From: Pseudomonadota bacterium
GTDB lineage: Bacteria; Myxococcota; JACRCW01; JAFGSX01
Direction: 5' to 3'
Length of the DNA stretch: 63,947 bases
NCBI GenBank assembly: GCA_043821645.1
Contig: JBDRCO010000086.1
Coordinates: forward strand, 1 to 63,947
The translations under genes were made by a program, and so were the position numbers. The notes under the pieces were generated by a model. That model did no database searches. It worked only from the letters and a program-made list of their open reading frames with translations, and was not told the DNA's origin. Positions 58,678-63,947 of this stretch are shown here, in pieces. Each line of letters opens with the position of its first letter. Within the stretch, counting starts at the first letter, position 1.

Positions 58678-58939
58678 GACAGCGCCTTGGATAGGACCGA
58701 ACCTCGAAACGCGATCCACGCACGGTCGAGGTGGACTCTGAACTGCAGCAGCCGCGCGTTCACCAGCAGAGTTCCCGGGCCGGCTCCAGGGTTCACGGAT
58801 GTCCGACGTGTTCTGTCTGCTTCTATCCCGGTCTCCGAGAAAATTGTGGATGGTCCTCGCAGACCGGTCTTCCTGGCTCGCTTCATCGAACTTCTCATGA
58901 AGACACGACCGCAGGAGCCGGCGATACGGAAGCAGGCGA

Positions 58940-59075
58940 GGTTACCCGATGTGAGCCAGCTGCGCTGCCTCACTCGGGCCTCGCCATGGGCTGCGCCCCT
59001 GGACCCCGCCAGCGCGGACGCAAGGAACGAGGCCTCGTACCGGAGATCCCCAGGGGCTCCGCCCCTTCGACCCCG
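58940..59075. other. Putative oriT region
   Basis: Immediately upstream of mobC; CTGGCTCA on minus strand (58959-58952) resembles the ColE1 nic CTGG/CTTA; repeated GGGCT.CGCCCCT..GACCCC motifs at 58988 and 59053. Confidence 0.5.
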
Positions 59076-59083
59076 GAGGAAGA

Positions 59084-59410
59084 ATGGCAGAGAGCAAGCT
59101 GAAGCGCATTCAATTCCGAGTTACCGAAGCAGAGCATGAACTCATCATGGAGAAGGTCGAGGCCTCGGGACTGACCATGGCCGCACTGTTCCGGGATCAC
59201 CTCGGGAAGGTCAAGGTGCGCAACCGCGTGGACGAGCGCAACCGCTACATCATGCTCCGACGCATCTCGAACAGCCTGAACCAGATCGCCCGCTGGGCGA
59301 ACACGCACAAGAGTGGAGCCGACGCGGTCAGGATCGTCGGCCTCCTCGGCGTGGTGCAGGCGACCATCGAAAGGTTGATCTACCGGATGGACGAGGTGAC
59401 AAGTGCCTAG
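59084..59410 (+). CDS. mobC: Relaxosome accessory protein MobC/MbeC
   Basis: RHH-like IQFRVTEAEHE..SGLTMAALFR; LRRISNSLNQIARWAN. Confidence 0.92.
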   Translation: MAESKLKRIQFRVTEAEHELIMEKVEASGLTMAALFRDHLGKVKVRNRVDERNRYIMLRRISNSLNQIARWANTHKSGADAVRIVGLLGVVQATIERLIYRMDEVTSA

Positions 59411-59654
59411 GACAGAGTTCGAGCACCTGCAGGAGCTGGCCCTGTCGAGGGCACTCGAGGAGCTGGAGGCCGAGAAGGCCGGCTGGAAAGAAGAGAAGGG
59501 GATGATGATCGAGATTCTGAGCCAGCTGAACAGGAGAGTGAAAGAGCTGACCCGGGACATCAGCGTCCTGTCCGCCAAGTTCGAGGAGAAGGTGGCGAAC
59601 GACGAGGCGATCGCCGCGCTCCTTGCCGGTCTGAACGCTGACGCGTCGCGCTAG
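59403..59654 (+). CDS. Small coiled-coil protein, MbeD/MobD-like
   Basis: TEFEH..LSRALEEL..W..LNRRVKELTRDISVLS; coupled to mobC. Confidence 0.5.
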   Translation: MPRTEFEHLQELALSRALEELEAEKAGWKEEKGMMIEILSQLNRRVKELTRDISVLSAKFEEKVANDEAIAALLAGLNADASR

Positions 59655-59666
59655 GGGCGAACGGTC

Positions 59667-61415
59667 GTGATCATCGTCTTCCCGAAGCATCCCCCGGGCG
59701 GCAGTGGTCGCAGGGCCATCAACTACCTTGTCAACAAGCAAGACCGTCAGATCGAGGCAGAGGTCCTCCGCGGCGACCCGGAACAGACCGCAAGGCTCAT
59801 CGACTCCCTCGAGTTCAGACACAAGTACACGTTCGGGATCTGTTCCTTCGCTCCAGGCGAGACCGTCGCGCCAGAGGTCGAGCAGAAGATCATGGATAGG
59901 TTCGAGTCAGCGGCCTTTGCCGGTCTTGAACGGGACCAGTACGACATCCTTTGGGTCCGTCACACCGACAAGGGGCACCACGAGCTGCACTTCGTCGTGC
60001 CGAGGGTCGAGCTGAGCTCTGGCAAGTCCTTGAACATCTGCCCTCCCGGTTCCAATGCCTACTTCAACGCACTGGGCGACTCCATCAACTTCGAGTACGG
60101 CTTTGCCGACCCGCGCGCCTCGACCAGGCAAAGAGAGCACAGGCTGCCCCACCACGCGGAGAAGCTCCGGGCCGAGACGCAGCGCATGCTTGGTGTGTCG
60201 AGGGTGGCGCCGAGCGAGGTGCTGCACGAGCGGCTCTGTGCGTATGCCCTGGAGAACCGGGAGAGGTGCATCACCCGCACGGACCTGATCGCGTATCTCG
60301 AGGCAGAGGGGCTGGAGGTGCCCAGGGTCGGCGACAGGTACATCACGGTCAAGCTGCCGGACCTGGACCTTCGATGGCGGCTGCGAGGCGCCATGTACGA
60401 GAAGGGCTGGGACTCGTCCAAGCTCCGGGATCTCGAGCGCGACGACACCATCCGCACAGGGGCACAGCCCGAGAAGGCTCGCCTGGCCATGGCGGCGCTG
60501 ACCGAGATGAGCGAGAAGCGGGCCGAGTACAACCAAGGACGGTATGGCCGCGAGTTCACCGACCGCGAGCTCGAGCGCCAGCTGGCGCACCAGGTCTTGC
60601 TCTCCAGGCTGGTCCGGGCAATGCCCAGCGTGCACGAGGCTGCACAGCAGGACGACCGTCTCCGGTTGAACCACCTGGCACGCAAGAACCTGCTCCTGAT
60701 GAAGTCAATCGACGCAGAGGTCGCGTGCAGCGATGCGAGAGCGTCAAGGGGCGTTGCCGATGGTGAGCACCTCGCATCGCTGAACGCCGCGCGATGCCGC
60801 GCCGAGCAGAGCATCCGAAGCTTCCTCCATCCCCCCAATGCCGAGGAGCACGCCAGGGGCCTTGCAGGCGAGAGACTGGTCGACATCGTGGGGGAGGCCG
60901 ACTCCCGCAACCAGGCCAGGCAGCTCATCGACAAGCACCTCGAAGCCTGTCTTGGCCACGCGCCCGACCGCGACGCGGTGGTCAAGACACTCGAGCAGGA
61001 AGGCTTTCGCATCACCCGGTCTGGCAAGGATTACCTGACCGTCCAGGACCCCGCGCGGGGCGATCGGTGGCGACTCACTGGACCCATGTACGAGGCCTGG
61101 GGGCGCTCTCGAACGACCTGCGACGACGGGCGCCCGCTGGAGCCGGACAACCATCGCAGGACGTCCCGGGGCGAGATCCATGGACAGCATCTGAAAGAGA
61201 GGCTGGGTGCTGAGCTGCTGTCGCTGATGACCGCGAGCGACGATCTGGGTGCACGGATGGGCAACCTGCATCTGTCCGGACAGGCGCTCGACAGGGCTCC
61301 GTCCTTCAGATGGACGGCCGCCGGCATGGCACCGCTCGTCGAGTACGATCGCGTCGACGAGTCCCGGTCCAGGAAGAAGAGAAAGAAGAAGTGGGTCGAG
61401 CGGGAGCGGGGCTAG
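59667..61415 (+). CDS. Relaxase, ColE1 MbeA-like (MOBP5)
   Basis: GSGRRAINYL; VLRGDP..LIDS..KYT; YDILWVRHTDKGHHELHFVVPRVELSSGK. Confidence 0.9.
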   Translation: MIIVFPKHPPGGSGRRAINYLVNKQDRQIEAEVLRGDPEQTARLIDSLEFRHKYTFGICSFAPGETVAPEVEQKIMDRFESAAFAGLERDQYDILWVRHTDKGHHELHFVVPRVELSSGKSLNICPPGSNAYFNALGDSINFEYGFADPRASTRQREHRLPHHAEKLRAETQRMLGVSRVAPSEVLHERLCAYALENRERCITRTDLIAYLEAEGLEVPRVGDRYITVKLPDLDLRWRLRGAMYEKGWDSSKLRDLERDDTIRTGAQPEKARLAMAALTEMSEKRAEYNQGRYGREFTDRELERQLAHQVLLSRLVRAMPSVHEAAQQDDRLRLNHLARKNLLLMKSIDAEVACSDARASRGVADGEHLASLNAARCRAEQSIRSFLHPPNAEEHARGLAGERLVDIVGEADSRNQARQLIDKHLEACLGHAPDRDAVVKTLEQEGFRITRSGKDYLTVQDPARGDRWRLTGPMYEAWGRSRTTCDDGRPLEPDNHRRTSRGEIHGQHLKERLGAELLSLMTASDDLGARMGNLHLSGQALDRAPSFRWTAAGMAPLVEYDRVDESRSRKKRKKKWVERERG

Positions 61416-61718
61416 GAACAGGCTCTGCTTCAATCAAGGAGCGGGCGTAGATGAAGATGCCGCCTCAATCCTGTTCCCCGCCATCCACCAGGCTGGCCGG
61501 CTGTTTTCGTCTCCAAGCGACGCGAACCGTCGCCGGGCAGTTCTAGACTGCGTGGCTCGAGTCACCCGCCGCTTGCCGGTGCCAAGTGCAAAGGGAGGAG
61601 ACATGCATCAGCGGAGCGACGGGTCAGTGCTCCGACGGGCCACTGGCCACAGCGATCCGGCGCGTGACCGCCCATTGATGATTCGCGCCGCGCGCCGCCT
61701 GAACCGCGGGAGGATGCG

Positions 61719-62249
61719 ATGACCACGCTGACCACGCGCACGCAAGCCCTGGCCCTGGCCACCGAGCTGGGCGCTCCCGCGCACCTGGTGCGCCACCTCG
61801 AGCTGGTGAGCGAAGTGGCGGCACAGCTGGCGCAGGCCTTGCGTCAGGCCGGTGTGGCTCTCGACACCGCGCTGGTCGAGGTGGGTGCGGCCCTGCACGA
61901 CGCCGGCAAGATCGTACACCCGGGGGAGTTGCACGGCCCTGGCGAGGAGCACGAGACCGCAGGCGAGCGGCTGCTGCTCGAGAGGGGCGTGGACCCGCGC
62001 GTGGCCCGCTGCTGTCGCAGCCACGGTCGTGCCCTGGAGCTCGCGGCAAGTCTCGAAGAGATGCTGGTCGGGCTCGCCGACAACCTCTGGCGCGGGCAGC
62101 GCCAGCCCGCACTTGAGCTCGCGATCGTCGACCGCGCCGCGAGCCTCCTGGGTCAGGACCGCTGGGACCTGTTCCCTGCGCTCGACGCCTGCTTCGAGGC
62201 GCTGGCGGCCGACGGCGACGTGCGCCTGGCGCGCAGCGCGGGAGACTGA
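61719..62249 (+). CDS. HD-domain metal-dependent phosphohydrolase (cargo)
   Basis: RH..V; GAALHDAGK; HETAG; SH; LAD. Confidence 0.85.
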   Translation: MTTLTTRTQALALATELGAPAHLVRHLELVSEVAAQLAQALRQAGVALDTALVEVGAALHDAGKIVHPGELHGPGEEHETAGERLLLERGVDPRVARCCRSHGRALELAASLEEMLVGLADNLWRGQRQPALELAIVDRAASLLGQDRWDLFPALDACFEALAADGDVRLARSAGD

Positions 62250-62568
62250 CGAACATGTGCGCCCGAAGACATGCTCGCTGTGGTCGAAGCGCAGAAGGGA
62301 GTGCGTCAGCTCGTGCATCGCCACTGGATCCCCCGCTGAACCCGCGAGCCGTGCCTCGACGATGATGCCGTGCCTGCCGATCGCCACGCGTGCCCCTCTC
62401 GAGGTCAGAAGCTCAGGGACGCACGCGCCCAGACCATGGCAATCCTGCGCCTTGCCACCCACTGCATACGTTGCAGAGCGATCACTGTCTCGGTCGCGGG
62501 AGCGCGGTGGTGAGAGTAAAAACCGGAGCCTGTATCCGCGATCTCCTCCGGCAGGCGCCTCAAAGAGC

Positions 62569-62985
62569 CTAGACCATGATGAACCGCAGCCTGGCCCTTA
62601 GCTGCTCGAGCTCTGCCTCGAGGGCGTCGGTGAGCCGGTCCTCCTCCTCGATGCGATCGTAGGCTTTCTGGGCTGCCTCCTCGCGAGCCTCGATGGCCTG
62701 GAACAACGCCACGTACTGGCTGTTCTCGTGCGCGAAGTGTGCCTCGATCTCCTCGATGATCGCGTTCATCTCCTTGAAGGCTGCGGCGTGGGCATCGACC
62801 CGGGCCGCGAGGTGCTCGGCCGCGTCGAGCTGCTCCTCGGCGAGGCGGTTGCTCTGCTCGTGCGCCCGGCCCTCCTCCTCGATCTTGGCCTTCAGCTCCT
62901 TCTGGAACCTGATGGACTCTTCGAAGTGATGCCTGATCTCCTCGGCGTCTTCCATGAGGTCCGTTCGCTGTGTGGTGTCGCTCAT
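62569..62985 (-). CDS. Acidic coiled-coil hypothetical protein
   Basis: Glu/Ala-rich 138 aa ORF with RBS; starts 1 nt after the upstream ORF stop. Confidence 0.65.
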   Translation of the reverse strand: MSDTTQRTDLMEDAEEIRHHFEESIRFQKELKAKIEEEGRAHEQSNRLAEEQLDAAEHLAARVDAHAAAFKEMNAIIEEIEAHFAHENSQYVALFQAIEAREEAAQKAYDRIEEEDRLTDALEAELEQLRARLRFIMV

Positions 62986-62986
62986 C

Positions 62987-63358
62987 TCAGTTCCCCCTTC
63001 GCAGCGGCTTGTTGAGGTCCCGCGCCCGGGCCAGAAGGTCCTGCTTGCGCGCGGTCAGCATGCGCTGGCAGTCCTCGAGCTTCGCCTCGCCTGCGAAGAT
63101 GGCGCTCAGGCGCGCGGAGAGGAGGTCCCGGGCGCGCTCCCTGTCGTCGCCCATGGCCCGAAGTCCCGCGAGCTTCGATCGCAGCGCCTGGGCCCTTCGG
63201 TCGTTCGCGTCGACGTTGTTCGCGAGAGCGCCGAGCCGATGGAGGAGGCTCCTGTCACGCTCCGTCATCTCCTTGAAGATGGCGATGTGCCGGTCCAGCT
63301 CGGCCAGCATGAGCTGGCCTGTCTGTCGCGCCTGGTTCCTCATCGTGGCCTCCTCCAT
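62987..63358 (-). CDS. Basic coiled-coil hypothetical protein
   Basis: Arg/Leu-rich helical ORF; GGAGG precedes the second Met (alternative start). Confidence 0.6.
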   Translation of the reverse strand: MEEATMRNQARQTGQLMLAELDRHIAIFKEMTERDRSLLHRLGALANNVDANDRRAQALRSKLAGLRAMGDDRERARDLLSARLSAIFAGEAKLEDCQRMLTARKQDLLARARDLNKPLRRGN

Positions 63359-63513
63359 GGGGGTCCGGATGCTGCTTTCTGTCCCCGGTCCATCTGTTTC
63401 CAGGGTACACGCGTACCGCGACAGGAGGTGTCGCTTTGGCGCCTCGGAGGGGAGCGCAGCAGCAGCCGCGGGAAGCCAAGAAGTCCGGAAATCGGACGTC
63501 CGAAAATCGAACT

Positions 63514-63551
63514 TTTGACAGCCAATTTGACAGCCAACTTGTTGGACAGCC
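63514..63551. repeat. Tandem TTTGACAGCCAA x2 plus degenerate copy (putative integrase arm-type sites)
   Basis: 63514-63525 and 63526-63537 perfect; TTGGACAGCC at 63542; ~100 bp from the tRNA break. Confidence 0.75.
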
Positions 63552-63637
63552 CTGAACAGTTCTGCAAATCGCCCTTGCCTCGCATCAATGTTTTCAGGTG
63601 GTTACGACACCCCTGGTCGTCGATGAACATGCCTCTG

Positions 63638-63681
63638 TCGGATTTGAAGACCGGGGGCAGCACCAGCCACCATGCGCTTCC
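63638..63681 (-). pseudogene. selC: 5' half of tRNA-Sec, truncated after the anticodon loop (attachment site)
   Basis: GGAAGCGC (8-nt acceptor strand), AT, 6-bp D stem GGTGGC/GCTGCC with TGGT loop, CCGGT-CTTCAAA (TCA anticodon); no variable or T arm follows. Confidence 0.85.
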
Positions 63682-63778
63682 GTCGACGACGATGGCACAG
63701 CCCGTTGACGTCGACAAGCGGATCGAGGCAGCGGCCCCGAAGGAGCAGAGCCGGACCTGACCTCGTCAGAGCGTCGAG

Positions 63779-63946
63779 CTACGCCTCCTCGGCGTCGAGG
63801 GTGAACACCCGCACCGGCTCGTCGCGGCCGCGCACCTGCACCGTCGACACCTCGCGCAGGGGCCCGGCATCGGCCCCCGCCGCCTGCACTGCCGCCTCCG
63901 AGATCAGCACGTGAGTGCCCAGCTGCTTGTTCATGGACTCCAGGCG
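63779..63946 (-). CDS. C-terminal end of class III adenylate/guanylate cyclase (runs off window)
   Basis: RLESMNKQLGTHVLISE..VQVRGRDEPVRVFTL..stop. Confidence 0.8.
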   Translation of the reverse strand, partial: RLESMNKQLGTHVLISEAAVQAAGADAGPLREVSTVQVRGRDEPVRVFTLDAEEA

Positions 63947-63947
63947 G

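Larger units (their letters stand above)
55700..63649. mobile_element. Backbone of an integrative mobilizable element; right end at split selC, left end not located
   Basis: Rep-like, xis-like, XRE, oriT-like, mobC, relaxase; arm-type repeats and truncated tRNA-Sec at the right end. Confidence 0.8.

Noticed and set aside
55460-63650. Integrase or transposase gene
   Set aside because: No ORF with tyrosine (R..HxxR..Y), serine or DDE recombinase motifs seen

Overview
High-GC bacterial window; gene content and promoter types suggest a deltaproteobacterium/Myxococcota-like organism (inference). It has three parts. (1) 1-7568: a five-gene signalling cluster (histidine kinases, REC-HDOD, REC-degenerate HD). 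(2) ~7750-55460: an essentially complete flagellar gene cluster (flgMNKL-csrA-fliW, fliC-flaG-fliDS, flgFGAHIJ, fliJ, flgBC-fliEFGHI-fliK-flgDE, motA-motB-motB'-fliLMNOPQR-flhBAFG-fliA). Its sigma28 promoters, sigma54 promoters and enhancer boxes can be read directly from the DNA. Non-canonical inserts include a degenerate class I adenylate-cyclase-like gene, a TPR-like protein, a MinD-PilZ pair, a PilT paralog, a receiver-less FleQ-like activator, and two MotB genes with complementary defects. No che genes are present. (3) ~55700-63650: an integrative/mobilizable element backbone with iteron-like arrays, a Replic_Relax-like gene, an xis-like/XRE divergent switch, ColE1-like oriT-mobC-mbeD-like-relaxase, and HD cargo. 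It ends in tandem arm-type repeats and a tRNA-Sec (selC) gene cut at its anticodon loop. Neither the 3' half of selC nor an integrase was found in the window, so the island may extend past the left edge and carry the whole flagellum. The window ends in the 3' end of a class III nucleotide cyclase gene. All assignments come from motif recognition by eye; no database searches were run.
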